From assembly GCA_039194325.1 (NCBI GenBank), contig JBCCWC010000004.1, positions 128,001 through 192,000 on the forward strand: 64,000 nucleotides of DNA, read 5' to 3'. Of this stretch, positions 32,594-43,475 are shown piece after piece (position 1 is the stretch's first letter; each line of letters starts with the position of its first letter). The notes beneath the pieces are model-generated. The model made no database searches. It was not told the DNA's origin and was given only the letters and a program-made list of their open reading frames with translations. The position numbers and the translations under genes are program-made. This DNA is from Myxococcota bacterium. GTDB taxonomy: Bacteria; Myxococcota_A; Polyangia; Nannocystales; Nannocystaceae.

Positions 32594-32800
32594 ATGCGAA
32601 AGACCGTCGCTCTAGTGGCCGCCCTGATGGCGCTCCCCGCCGCTTCTTGCTCGTACGGCGCCATGGTCGTGCACCCCAACGGGAAGATCTACATCCAGCG
32701 CCACGACTACTTCCTGTTCGGCGCCCTGCGCAAGCTCTATGAGTGTACGCCCGACGGGAGCGGCAACGTCACCTGCATCAACATGGCGGGCCGGCCGTAG
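32594..32800 (+). CDS. Small lipoprotein (68 aa)
   Basis: MRK + hydrophobic stretch + AASC lipobox; GAGG RBS; two further Cys. Confidence 0.7.
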   Translation: MRKTVALVAALMALPAASCSYGAMVVHPNGKIYIQRHDYFLFGALRKLYECTPDGSGNVTCINMAGRP

Positions 32801-32819
32801 CGCGTTGCGGGGACCGAGC

Positions 32820-33332
32820 GTGCGACGGAGGGTCTTGGCCGCGACCTTCGTCGGGCACCTGGGCGCCGCGGGGCTGGTCGCCGCGGGGCTGGTCGCCGCG
32901 GGGCTGGGCGGCTGCGCAGACCGGGCGGAGGAACCCGCGCCCGGCTCGTTTGCCACCCCGCGCGAGGACGACCCGCCGCTGGTCGAGTCGTGGCGCCTGC
33001 CCCCGGGCACGAGCCCTTTGCGCAGCGGTGACCTGGGATCGACCCCGGTCGAACTATCGACCGCGCTGATGCTCGATCATGCCGCGGCCGGGATCAGCCA
33101 CCGGATCGCCCGCCGCTGCGCGGAAAAGGGTGCGCTGGCGAACGTTGGATCGCTCGCGCTACGCTTCTCCGTGGGAGCCGGCGGCACGGTGGGCGCGATC
33201 GAGGGCGATCCGGCCGGGCCAGCCGCCGCGTGCACCGTCAAGGCCCTACGGGCCGAGCTTTCCGCACGGCCGCCCATGCCCGCGGGCGCTGCGCTGATGG
33301 TGCTGCGCTTTTGGGTCGAGCCCGGGCCATGA
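32820..33332 (+). CDS. Hypothetical lipoprotein, possibly AgmX/PglI-C (TonB-C-like) fold
   Basis: LGGC lipobox; signal peptide expanded by a 15-bp repeat (AAGLV); C…G.LALRFSV…G.V…AAAC pattern. Confidence 0.55.
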   Translation: MRRRVLAATFVGHLGAAGLVAAGLVAAGLGGCADRAEEPAPGSFATPREDDPPLVESWRLPPGTSPLRSGDLGSTPVELSTALMLDHAAAGISHRIARRCAEKGALANVGSLALRFSVGAGGTVGAIEGDPAGPAAACTVKALRAELSARPPMPAGAALMVLRFWVEPGP

Positions 33333-33420
33333 TCGCAGACGAGCTTCGAAGACGGGCCTCGGCCACCTCGGCCCGCTCGTGCGGTGGAAGGCCCCCGGGC
33401 TTTCGGTTAGCCTGGCCATC

Positions 33421-34344
33421 GTGCGCTGTCGTGCGTACCAGCTACCGTCCGAGGTCTACCGCGAGATCGAGACGCAGATCTTGCAACAGCTTCGCGACGG
33501 AGATCTCGACCAGCTCCGCCACTTGCTGGGCGACCACGATCTCGAGGTCGAGCTGCTGAGCGGGGAGTGGCGCGTGCTCTTTGCCACGCTCGCCGACTAC
33601 TTCCAGGAGGTCGACCACGAGCGACGGATCGCCCGCATGGCGGTCAGCCCCGACGAGCTCGCGGAGTTCGTGGAGGTCTTGCGCGACCCCGGGCGGCGCG
33701 AGTCATGGCGCCCGATCTCGTTCGGCCTGGCCGAGCTGACCGACGCGCTCCCGGCCAACTGCGATCTGGTGGGCGTGGTGTTCACCGAGGAATCCGACGA
33801 CTGGCTGTGGGCCGAGCCGGTGAGCGAGCTGGTGGCGATCCGCCCCGAGGTCTATGCCCTGCTCGCGCCGCACCTGCGGGCCCTGATGGACGCGGGGGAC
33901 TTCGCCGCCCTCGCCCGCCTCGCCGAGGATCACTGCGAGGGCTGCGTGGAGTTCTCGTCGCACCAGTGGAGCGTGCTGATGAAGCACTCCGGCGAGCGGG
34001 TACCCGAGCTGCTGTCGGTCTACGAGCAGCGCCTGTCCGAGCCCGACGACTACACCAGCATCCTCGAGGCTCTGTCCCAGGTGGCCGACCCCCGCTACCA
34101 GCCCAGCCTCGACGCCTGGCTGCGCGTGCACTCGAGCACGGCCCAGTACGCGCTCTACTTCCGCGACGCCAACCTCGAGCGCCGCGAGATGGAAGGTTCG
34201 GGCCTGATCCGGCTCTCCGAGTTCGGCATCGAAGACGCGATCACCCAGCGGATGCCCGCGATCCAGGTGGAGGGGGTCGAGCAGGCCGAGGTGGTACGAC
34301 CACCGCACGGGAGCTCGTCGGGGTCGGACAAGGGCGAGTCGTAG
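33421..34344 (+). CDS. Hypothetical protein with an internal two-fold repeat
   Basis: Strong coding bias; EVY…GD…L..DH…E….W occurs twice. Confidence 0.75.
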   Translation: MRCRAYQLPSEVYREIETQILQQLRDGDLDQLRHLLGDHDLEVELLSGEWRVLFATLADYFQEVDHERRIARMAVSPDELAEFVEVLRDPGRRESWRPISFGLAELTDALPANCDLVGVVFTEESDDWLWAEPVSELVAIRPEVYALLAPHLRALMDAGDFAALARLAEDHCEGCVEFSSHQWSVLMKHSGERVPELLSVYEQRLSEPDDYTSILEALSQVADPRYQPSLDAWLRVHSSTAQYALYFRDANLERREMEGSGLIRLSEFGIEDAITQRMPAIQVEGVEQAEVVRPPHGSSSGSDKGES

Positions 34345-34474
34345 ACGGGCGGAGGCTGCTGCCGAGGGCTTCGGCCAGCTCGATCGGAGAAGTGAAGACC
34401 TCGAGCAGCTCGGGCGGATTGCTCTGATGCTCGAGCACGACATAGAGCGAGATCGGCCGATCGGATCCAGCAAT

Positions 34475-34506
34475 GGCGATCGAGTAGAGGGGCGATCGAG
34501 TAGAGG
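34475..34506. repeat. Tandem duplication GGCGATCGAGTAGAGG x2
   Basis: Read directly, at the left edge of an A/T-richer segment. Confidence 0.8.
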
Positions 34507-35073
34507 ATGTTGCCCGGCTTAGACGTGAAGATGCGATCGGTGGGACCTGCCCGCTACAAACAATGGAGACGTCTTCGAGCTAGACCCCAAAGCACACTGC
34601 GACGGTCCATCAAGAGCAATAGATAAACGTGGTTCCTCATATGCGCCCCCCACCCGTGAGCGCCGAACCGCGAGCGCAACACGAACGCTGGACATTCGCA
34701 CACCGGATCGATTTGTTCCTACACCTGACCTCGATATTGCCGTGCCAACGAGAATGACCGCTGCCATCTCAGTTGCAGCCATCTAAAGTGACGCTGGATG
34801 CTCCAGGCATACGCATATACCTATAACCATTGAGAACAGAGAGGTGGAACGACCGTTGCTGCGACAATCTCGACAAGGGCACTCTAAGTAACAGACACAA
34901 AAGTATTCATTCGAATGACAAGCGACAGAGCGACATCATCCATTCGAATAACGCTCCCATCGACACCCTGACAGCAAGATCGTTCGATCAACACGGACCA
35001 GGACTCCTTTGCTTTTGCTTACCTGTCGACCATGTCGACATTACACACAGCCCCACAACAGAAACACAACGTC

Positions 35074-35664
35074 ATGACCACCAATCAATCCACCCTTCAT
35101 AGTATCGGCCTCTCCTTGAGCCTCTTCATCGTCGGCGCCTCCGTCTACGGCTGCGACCCCGGCGATGAAGGCGACTCCACCAGCGCCGGGGATACGTCCC
35201 CCGGAACCAGCAACGGTAATAACGGCGACGAGGGCAACGAAGACGGCGGCGAGGGCAACGACGACGGCGGCGAGAGCGACGACGACGGCGGCGAGGGCAA
35301 CGACGACGGCGGCGAGGGCAACGATGACGGCGGCGAGAGCGGGACCGACACCGACGATACCGACGACTCCGCAGGCATTGACTGCATGATCATCCGCGAG
35401 GAATGCAACGGCCACAGCAATGACTTCCCTGGCTGCGTCGACGACCACCCAGAATGCTTCGAGTGTTTCGATATGTGGGTCTGCCAAGAATTTTCACTTG
35501 AGGAAGACTGCCCAGACATATTCGATAGTTGCGAACATCCGGGATACGATCTCTCGTGCAAAGAGGCCGAGGCATGGTGCCAGCAAACCGTAGAAAACGA
35601 AGCGCTTCTCGGCGAATGTGTCTATTGGATCGGTGGCCCAGACTGCAGAAAGTCTCAGCGGTAG
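35074..35664 (+). CDS. Acidic Cys-rich lipoprotein with (GGEGNDD)n repeats
   Basis: Lipobox VYGC; 21-bp tandem repeat ~5.5x at 35224-35340; Cys-rich C-terminus; A/T-richer DNA. Confidence 0.7.
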   Translation: MTTNQSTLHSIGLSLSLFIVGASVYGCDPGDEGDSTSAGDTSPGTSNGNNGDEGNEDGGEGNDDGGESDDDGGEGNDDGGEGNDDGGESGTDTDDTDDSAGIDCMIIREECNGHSNDFPGCVDDHPECFECFDMWVCQEFSLEEDCPDIFDSCEHPGYDLSCKEAEAWCQQTVENEALLGECVYWIGGPDCRKSQR

Positions 35665-35844
35665 CCCTCAGGTTGACTCCGATGGACGAGGCCGCCAGAT
35701 CGACACTCCAGCGTCGATCTGGCGGGCCACGCACAAGCACGATCGCTACCCCCGCGTCCTCAATCCCGCCCGATGCCGGCGATCCCGCGGCGTTGAGCAA
35801 GCCAACGCTGACTCTAACCCTTCCCGAGTTGGAAGGGGCGCCCC

Positions 35845-37623
35845 CTACTCCACTCTCATTGGCACCATCGTCAGCGCCCCGGCGTCGCCGCTGGCCTGCA
35901 CGACTTCGCGCAGCGTCCCCGCGGCCTCACGCCACCGCTCGAGCCCCGCGTCGACCCGGTCCCGAGCGGTCACCCGATCGCTGTTGTCGGGCCCACCCGA
36001 CAATAGCTGCGCCAGCATCCCCTTGCTCAGGGGAAATGTACGCAGCTCGACGTCGGCGTCCTCGTCGATCCCCGCCTCCTGCTTGGCCAGGGCGATCGCG
36101 GTGGGCAACCCCCCCAGCACATCCACCAGCCCCTCTTGCTGGGCTCGCATCCCCGTCCACACCCGCCCCCGAGCCACCCGCTCGACCTCCAGCAACGACA
36201 TATCGCGACCGTCGGCCACCCGCTGCTTGAAGTCCGCGTAGGTCTGGTCGAGCGAGCGCTCCAGATGAGCACGACCCTCGGGACCGTCGGGATCGAGCGT
36301 GTTCCAGGTCGCCGCATTGGGTGAGGTCTGCACGAAATCCCAGGTGACCCCCACCTTGTTCCATACCCCGCGGGTGGCCAGCTTGAACGCCACCACCCCG
36401 ATCGATCCGGTGACCGTCGATGGCTGCGCAACGATCTTGGTGGCCCCCGCAGAGACGTAGTAGCCGCCCGAAGCGGCATAGTTGCCCATGCTCACCACCA
36501 CCGGCTTGCCCGCCTCGCGAGCCTTCTGGGTGGCCCGCCACATGGCATCAGAGGCGACCGCCGAGCCCCCCGGGCTGTTGACCCGAAACACGATCGCCTC
36601 GACCTCGGGATCCTCGACGGCGGCCGTAAACGCCGCAACCACGGTCTGTGCCCCCATGGAGCTCTCGCGCTCGATCGGATCGTAGTCGCCAGGCCCCCGC
36701 ACGATGCCCCCGTTGCCGTGGATGATCGCGATGACCGAGCCCTCCGCCCAGGCCCGACCCGCGCGCTCGAGATAGGCCTCCGGATACAGCCGCTCGGCCT
36801 CGCCCCCGACCCGCTCTTGCACGGTGGCGAGCATCTGGTCGCGGTAGGCCAGCCCGTCGATCAAACCATGCTCGAGCGCCTCGGCCGCCAGATAGGGCCC
36901 TTGCTCGATCACCGCCCGAGCCCGCGCCAGATCGTCACCCACGCGCGGAGCGATCGCCGACACCAGCTGGGCGTGCATGTCGGCCAGCATCACCTCGGTC
37001 TGCTCCCGCGACGCGGCGCTCATGTGACGCTCGGCGTAGGTCTCGTAGAACGACTTGTACTCGGAGCGCCGACCCCCCTGCGGCACCGCGTCGACCATGT
37101 CGAAGGTGCCCCGCAAGAACATCCTCTCGCTGCGCAGACCCGCCAGCCCTAGCTCACCCGAAGGCTGGAGGTAGATCTCGTCGAACGCGGTGGCCAGGTA
37201 GTACCCCTGAGTACCCGGCCCGGCCCCGCCCATGGTCTCGGCAAAGGCGATCGCCGGCTTGCCCGCGGCGCGAAACGCCACGATCGCGTCGCGTAATTCC
37301 TCGACGTGCGCCATGCCGTGCGACGTGCCGTCGATGTATGCGACCACCCCAACGACACGCTCGTCGTGAGCACCACGCTCGAGCGCCTCGACGACCTGCA
37401 GCCAGGTGAGCCCAGAACCCCCGGTGAGGAGCGCCAGAGGATCGTCGCTGCCCGGGTTGGCCAAGGGCCGATCGAGGCGCAGCTCGAGGATCGTATGCTC
37501 GGCCACCCGGTCGCGCGTGACAAAGGTGCAGGTGACCACCGCCCCCATCGCCATGACCAGCACCGTGGTGACGATGCCGATGATGGTGAAGAGCGTGGTC
37601 AGCCGCTGTCGCGTCTTGCCCAT
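35845..37623 (-). CDS. sppA: Signal peptide peptidase SppA (protease IV, 67K type)
   Basis: YYLATAFDEIYLQPSG, EYKS, RVNSPGGSA, SMGNYAASGGYY, TGSIGV, GRVWTG. Confidence 0.93.
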   Translation of the reverse strand: MGKTRQRLTTLFTIIGIVTTVLVMAMGAVVTCTFVTRDRVAEHTILELRLDRPLANPGSDDPLALLTGGSGLTWLQVVEALERGAHDERVVGVVAYIDGTSHGMAHVEELRDAIVAFRAAGKPAIAFAETMGGAGPGTQGYYLATAFDEIYLQPSGELGLAGLRSERMFLRGTFDMVDAVPQGGRRSEYKSFYETYAERHMSAASREQTEVMLADMHAQLVSAIAPRVGDDLARARAVIEQGPYLAAEALEHGLIDGLAYRDQMLATVQERVGGEAERLYPEAYLERAGRAWAEGSVIAIIHGNGGIVRGPGDYDPIERESSMGAQTVVAAFTAAVEDPEVEAIVFRVNSPGGSAVASDAMWRATQKAREAGKPVVVSMGNYAASGGYYVSAGATKIVAQPSTVTGSIGVVAFKLATRGVWNKVGVTWDFVQTSPNAATWNTLDPDGPEGRAHLERSLDQTYADFKQRVADGRDMSLLEVERVARGRVWTGMRAQQEGLVDVLGGLPTAIALAKQEAGIDEDADVELRTFPLSKGMLAQLLSGGPDNSDRVTARDRVDAGLERWREAAGTLREVVQASGDAGALTMVPMRVE

Positions 37624-37713
37624 GAGCGGATGGTACGGAAAAACCGGGGCTTCGACCCCGCATGCGCCCACGGAGTTTCGACGACCACCCGCAGCGTCGC
37701 GGGCGCAACCCGG

Positions 37714-38601
37714 TCACCGCCGCCGCTTGCGCGAGCTCGTGGTGTTCAGTAACAACGGCAAGGCGTCGCCCAGATGGTCGAGCAGCGCCCGAACCCGGGC
37801 CGCCTTGCGCAGATCGGCATGGGTCAATAACCAAAGCCCCACCCCGCGCTCGGGCAACGCCATCAGGCAACGCAGCCCCGCCTGACGCTCGGCTACACAC
37901 ACGGGCAACACCGCGGCCCCCATGCCCGCCCGCACCGCCTCGAGCGCGAGCGGATAGTCGTTGACCCGAACGCCCAGCACCGCGTCGGGCCAACGCTCGT
38001 GATACCAGCGGGGCACCGGGCGACCATCGTCCAAGCCCACATAGGGCAGCGGCGAGTGACGAGCCCGGCGAGCACGCGGACCATAGAGCGCCACGTCAAG
38101 GGTGCCGATCCGTCGACCGACCGCCGACTGCGGCGGAGCATCGGTCACCCGGATCGCGACGTCGGCCTCACGACGGGTGAGATCCACGTGCCCATAGCTG
38201 GCAACGAGCTCCAGCTGGATGTCGGGGTATCGCCCCACGAACTGGGCAAACGCGGGCATGAGCAACGAGGTGGCCAGCAGGTAGGGGATCGCCACCCGCA
38301 CCGTCCCGAACAACCGGGAATCTCGGCCCGCGATCGACCGCGTGAGCCCCTGGATCTCGGCCTCGGCCCGCTCGGCCACGTCGTGCATCTGCTGCCCCGC
38401 CGCGGTGGGCACGAGCCCGTCGGGGGTGCGCTCGATCAACGCGACCCCGAGCGCAGCCTCGAGCGCCGCTATACGCCGTGAAGCGGTCGAGTGGCTGATC
38501 CCTAGCGCACGCGCACCCCCCAAGAACGAACCCGCACGGAGCACGGCGAGAACGGTTCGAAGATCGTCCCAGCTGGGGTCATCGTGCCCTGCGCTGTGCA
38601 T
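37714..38601 (-). CDS. LysR family transcriptional regulator
   Basis: WDDLRTVLAV.RAGSF..GARALG.SHST.SRRIAALE HTH; DLTRREADVAIR. Confidence 0.93.
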   Translation of the reverse strand: MHSAGHDDPSWDDLRTVLAVLRAGSFLGGARALGISHSTASRRIAALEAALGVALIERTPDGLVPTAAGQQMHDVAERAEAEIQGLTRSIAGRDSRLFGTVRVAIPYLLATSLLMPAFAQFVGRYPDIQLELVASYGHVDLTRREADVAIRVTDAPPQSAVGRRIGTLDVALYGPRARRARHSPLPYVGLDDGRPVPRWYHERWPDAVLGVRVNDYPLALEAVRAGMGAAVLPVCVAERQAGLRCLMALPERGVGLWLLTHADLRKAARVRALLDHLGDALPLLLNTTSSRKRRR

Positions 38602-38645
38602 GCATGCACAATATACTCTCATTTTTACGCATTGATGCGCATCAA
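38595..38645. promoter_or_regulatory. Two perfect palindromes in the divergent LysR/NTF2 control region (TGTGCATGCATGCACA; TTGATGCGCATCAA)
   Basis: Palindromes at 38595-38610 and 38632-38645 read directly; LysR-site role is inferred. Confidence 0.55.
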
Positions 38646-38666
38646 CGCACAGTCATCATCAAAGAC

Positions 38667-39095
38667 ATGACCACCGCGACCTCCCCGAGCCCTACCCCCA
38701 ACGCGACCCACGCCGACGCCCTCACCGAGGTCCGCCAGGCAAGCACACGCTGGATCGCCGCGTTCAACGCCGGCGACGTCGATGCCTGCGTCGCCGGCTA
38801 TACCCACGACGCCATCATGGAAGCCCGCCCGATCGGACGCCGCATAGGGCGAGCCGAGATCGACGGGTTCTGGCGCCCGTTCATCGCCGATGGAGCCGGG
38901 GACCTCGTGTACCGCGACGTGCACCTACAAGCGATCGACGCGACCACCGTGGAGCTGAGCGCGTCGTGGTCGATGAACGTGGGCGCGGGCGTCATCACCT
39001 GCGAGCGCTGGGTCCGGCAAGACGACGGACAGTGGCGCCTGATGTTCGATGCCTTCGAGATCCAGCAGCGCTTCGAAAACACCGTCAAGATGTGA
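38667..39095 (+). CDS. NTF2/SnoaL-like (DUF4440/YybH) protein
   Basis: WIAAFNAGDVDAC…Y..DA, GRAEI..FW, W.RQ.DG.W; divergent from the LysR gene. Confidence 0.85.
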   Translation: MTTATSPSPTPNATHADALTEVRQASTRWIAAFNAGDVDACVAGYTHDAIMEARPIGRRIGRAEIDGFWRPFIADGAGDLVYRDVHLQAIDATTVELSASWSMNVGAGVITCERWVRQDDGQWRLMFDAFEIQQRFENTVKM

Positions 39096-39115
39096 TCGAT
39101 GCTATGTGAGCCCCC

Positions 39116-39982
<867 letters not shown>

Positions 39983-40215
39983 GGGGAGCGCGGTGAGCGA
40001 TCGGTGATTGGGGTTGGGTGAGTTTGGGTCCTGAAAGAGGCGACCTTGGGGGGTGGGTGCGGCAGGCGAGGGGTGCGCGGTTTTGGTGGGTGCGGAGCGA
40101 AATGATCCGCTCGGTCTGGTGACAAGGAGTGTCGGGAGGCGCGGGATTCCCTAGTGATCGCGGGGGGCCAACGTGCGAAGATGCCAACGCCCGAAGCGCT
40201 TTCGGGCTGGTCACC

Positions 40216-40887
40216 ATGTCCGCGCTGTCGTCCATCGTCCTCGCGACGTTGCCCCTCGTGGCCCAAGCCCACGCCGGGCTGCCGTCTTCCGCCCCCATCC
40301 TCGCGGCCGCAACCGCCCCCGCAGGAGAGGCCGCCACGCCAGCGGAAGAAGAGAAAAAGGCCCGGCGGCCGCGTCGCGAGAAGGGGATCGTCATGCGCGG
40401 CTTCGGCAAGACCGGCACGGTCGGGCTACCCGGTGTAGGCGTGGGCGGCGGGCTGAGCGTGGGCTGGCTACGCAAGCGCTTCCGACTCGATGTGCTCGGA
40501 GCCGGCCAACTCAACCGCACCCAGTGGTACCCCGGCGGCACCGTGGGCGGCGACTTCTCGCTGTGGCGCATGGGCCTGCGAGCCTGTGGCGTGTTCGGGA
40601 GCGGACGGATCGTCACACCGATCTGCGGCGGAGCCGATGGCGGCCTGGTCACCGCAACCGGCGTAGGCGTCGACACACCCCGCACCGAACGCCAACCATG
40701 GGGCTCGGTCTTCGCCGATATCGACATGGCCTGGTACGTCACCCCACAGATCGGCCTGGTGGTCACTAGCCGCTGGCTCGTGCCCCTGGTGCGCCGCAAC
40801 TACTACGTCGGCGAACGCGGCACCCTGGTCACCACGCCACCCTTTGGCGTGGAGATCGGCGCGGGCATCGAGCTGGTGCTCCCCTGA
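40216..40887 (+). CDS. Hypothetical outer-membrane beta-barrel protein
   Basis: Signal peptide (…AQAHA), alternating Gly/hydrophobic beta strands, C-terminal GAGIELVLP. Confidence 0.6.
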   Translation: MSALSSIVLATLPLVAQAHAGLPSSAPILAAATAPAGEAATPAEEEKKARRPRREKGIVMRGFGKTGTVGLPGVGVGGGLSVGWLRKRFRLDVLGAGQLNRTQWYPGGTVGGDFSLWRMGLRACGVFGSGRIVTPICGGADGGLVTATGVGVDTPRTERQPWGSVFADIDMAWYVTPQIGLVVTSRWLVPLVRRNYYVGERGTLVTTPPFGVEIGAGIELVLP

Positions 40888-41000
40888 CCGAGCATCTGTG
40901 CCGATCCTTCCTGATTCGCGATCTTATTGAGCTCCGCGGTACCGATCGACCCTGTCGACCCTCGGGCGCTCGCTCGCCCGTCGCTATGAGGTGTGTTCAG

Positions 41001-41405
41001 ATGAAACGCAGCGCATTCGTAATCCTCGGGCTGCTGTGGGCCAGCGCGCCCGCATGCGGGCTGGACGACGTCTGCATCGGTGAGTGCGACGGTCCGGCAC
41101 AGGACACCGAGGCCGATACCGATGGCTCGGCCAGCCAGGGCACCATGTCGGGGCCGACCAGCGGAACACCCACCACAGGCAATCCGCAACCCACCGACGG
41201 ACCGGCCGACGCCAGCGACACCGAGACCGAGAGCAACGCCAGCACCGCCACCGACTCGAGCACCGAGAGCAACTCCGGCACCGCCACCGAGAGCAACTCC
41301 GGCACCGACACCGACTCGGCCTCCGCTAGCGGAACTGATTCAGGCACCACCGGCGGAAGCAGTGACTCAGGCACAGGTTCCACCAGCCGTACGTCTGTGA
41401 CGTAG
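41001..41405 (+). CDS. Ser/Thr/Gly-rich low-complexity lipoprotein
   Basis: GAGG RBS, MKR + APAC lipobox, CIGEC, repeated TESNSGT. Confidence 0.65.
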   Translation: MKRSAFVILGLLWASAPACGLDDVCIGECDGPAQDTEADTDGSASQGTMSGPTSGTPTTGNPQPTDGPADASDTETESNASTATDSSTESNSGTATESNSGTDTDSASASGTDSGTTGGSSDSGTGSTSRTSVT

Positions 41406-41435
41406 TCAGCCCGAAGCCACGGGCGAGGCCGACCG

Positions 41436-43475
41436 CTACGCCGGCGCCTCGAACAACACCTCGACCACGGCCCCCTCCTCCACCGGACCGGGCGGTCGGC
41501 TCTGCATCACCGCGATCCCCGTCCCGCGGGGCTGCACCTGCACCTTGAGACGCTCGGCGACCTCGAGGGTCTCCACCAGGGTCAGCCCAGTGAAATCGGG
41601 CAGCCCGCCGCTGACGCTGGGCCGCCGCTGACCGGGCAGGCGGGGCTCGACGTCTACGGTGGGCACGAAGCCCTCCAAGAGGTTGGTGTTGTCGGCCATC
41701 AAACGGATCGGATCGGGCGCGGGCCGAGTGCCGTCCTCCCGCTCCACGCCCAGGTGGGTCATCACCCGAGCTCCCAGGCGCGAGAAGGTGGGCGCGGCTA
41801 CCTCGTTGCCGTAGTGACCCCCCTGCGGGCTATCGACCGAGACAAGGATCACTACCCGCGGATCCTCGGCCGGCACCGCGCCGACGAACGAAGCAAAGTA
41901 GTCGTCCTCGGCGTAACCACCCTGCTCGCGGTTGGCCTTCTGAGCGGTCGAGGTCTTACCGGCCACCCGATAGCCCTCGATCTTGGCGTTGCGACCGGTG
42001 CCCCGCCGGGTGTGGACCACGCTCTGCAGCATCTCCATGACGGTGCGGGCGGTGGAGATCCGCACCACCCGCTGCGGCTCGGGCCGGTCGATCGGCACGG
42101 GGTTGGCGTCGGCGTCGATCACCTGGCGCACGATCGTGGGAGGATTGTAGACGCCCTTGTTGGCCAGCACGGAGAACGCCGCCGCCACCTGCAAGGGGCT
42201 GGCGGTCATGCCCTGACCAAACGAGATGTTGGCCCCCTGAATGTCGGACCACTTGTCCCAGTGGTGCAGCACGCCGCGGGTGGCCCCGGGTAGCTCGATG
42301 GACGGGCGCTTACCAAAGTGGAAGCGCCGAGCCCACTTGTACATGTTCTCCTTGCGGAGGGTTTCGTAGATCTTGGTGGTGCAGATGTTGGACGACTCGG
42401 CGAGGATCTCGGTCACGCTCAGCCACTCCGAGCGGTGCGTGTCCTTGATCGCGTGCTCGTCGGTGTACTGCCAGCGACCGTTCTCGCAAAAGAAGCTCTG
42501 GTCCTTGCGGATCGTGCCCTGCTCGAGCGCGGCCGCCACCGTGATCGCCTTCATGGTCGAGCCGGGCTCGAAGTCGGCCTGCACGGCCTGGTTGACGGTC
42601 TGCTCGAGCTTGTCGATCCGGTGGTTGGGGTCGAAGGTGGGCCGGCTGGTCATGGCCAAGACCTCGCCGCTGCGCGGATCCATCACGACGATGCTGGCGC
42701 TCACCGGGGTCCAGTTGGCCACCAGGGTGTTGATCTCCTCCTCGGCCATGGCCTGGACCGCAGAGTCGAGCGTGAGCACGACGGTGTTGCCCCGCGATAC
42801 GCCCGGGTCGGGAAAGCCCTCGGTGAGCAGCTTCTTGCCCCGCGCAAAGTAGGCGGGGCTCATGGCGTCACGACCCCGTAAGTACTCGTCGAGCCCATAC
42901 TCGATGCCCAGGTTGCCCTTGCCCTGGGCGTTGACCCGGCCCAGGATGTGCGAGGCGAGCAGCTTGCGAGGGTAGACCCGGTGGGGCACGGGCTCGAGGC
43001 TGACCCCGGGCAGCGCCTTGGCCCGCAGAGCCCGAGACTGGTCCTCGTCGAGCACCATGCGCAAGCGTCGGTAGGCCTTGTCACGCAACAGCTCGTCGCG
43101 CAGGTACTCGGGATCCGCACCGGGAAAAAGCTCCATCACGGCGGCGATCACCGCCTCGGTCTGCCCCTGGGCGGTGATAAGCCGGGGGTTGAGGACGATC
43201 TTGTGGACCCGGTCGGTCACCGCCAGCGAGATGTAGCTGCGGTCGACGATGTCGCCGCGGCTGGCCTTGACCCGATAGCTACGCAATTGCTGGCGGTTGC
43301 CCTGCTCGGCATAGTGCTCGTGGTGACGCACGGCCACCACCCACGAGCGCCAGCCCAGGCCCAAAAGCGCCATCATGAGCACACCCGCGACCAGCCAGCC
43401 GCGTCGATGTACGGCCCGCAAGTCGCTGGCCATGGGCCGCAGCACGATCTGCTGAGATCGACGCAAGAGGTTCAT
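41436..43475 (-). CDS. ftsI: Class B PBP transpeptidase FtsI with a C-terminal PASTA domain
   Basis: RGDIVDR, RVYP, G.LGIEY, EPGSTMK (SxxK), SSNI, GKTSTAQK; directly follows rsmH-ftsL. Confidence 0.9.
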   Translation of the reverse strand: MNLLRRSQQIVLRPMASDLRAVHRRGWLVAGVLMMALLGLGWRSWVVAVRHHEHYAEQGNRQQLRSYRVKASRGDIVDRSYISLAVTDRVHKIVLNPRLITAQGQTEAVIAAVMELFPGADPEYLRDELLRDKAYRRLRMVLDEDQSRALRAKALPGVSLEPVPHRVYPRKLLASHILGRVNAQGKGNLGIEYGLDEYLRGRDAMSPAYFARGKKLLTEGFPDPGVSRGNTVVLTLDSAVQAMAEEEINTLVANWTPVSASIVVMDPRSGEVLAMTSRPTFDPNHRIDKLEQTVNQAVQADFEPGSTMKAITVAAALEQGTIRKDQSFFCENGRWQYTDEHAIKDTHRSEWLSVTEILAESSNICTTKIYETLRKENMYKWARRFHFGKRPSIELPGATRGVLHHWDKWSDIQGANISFGQGMTASPLQVAAAFSVLANKGVYNPPTIVRQVIDADANPVPIDRPEPQRVVRISTARTVMEMLQSVVHTRRGTGRNAKIEGYRVAGKTSTAQKANREQGGYAEDDYFASFVGAVPAEDPRVVILVSVDSPQGGHYGNEVAAPTFSRLGARVMTHLGVEREDGTRPAPDPIRLMADNTNLLEGFVPTVDVEPRLPGQRRPSVSGGLPDFTGLTLVETLEVAERLKVQVQPRGTGIAVMQSRPPGPVEEGAVVEVLFEAPA

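Noticed and set aside
34519..35030. Short ORFs in the A/T-richer islet
   Set aside because: No host-like codon bias, motifs or RBS.
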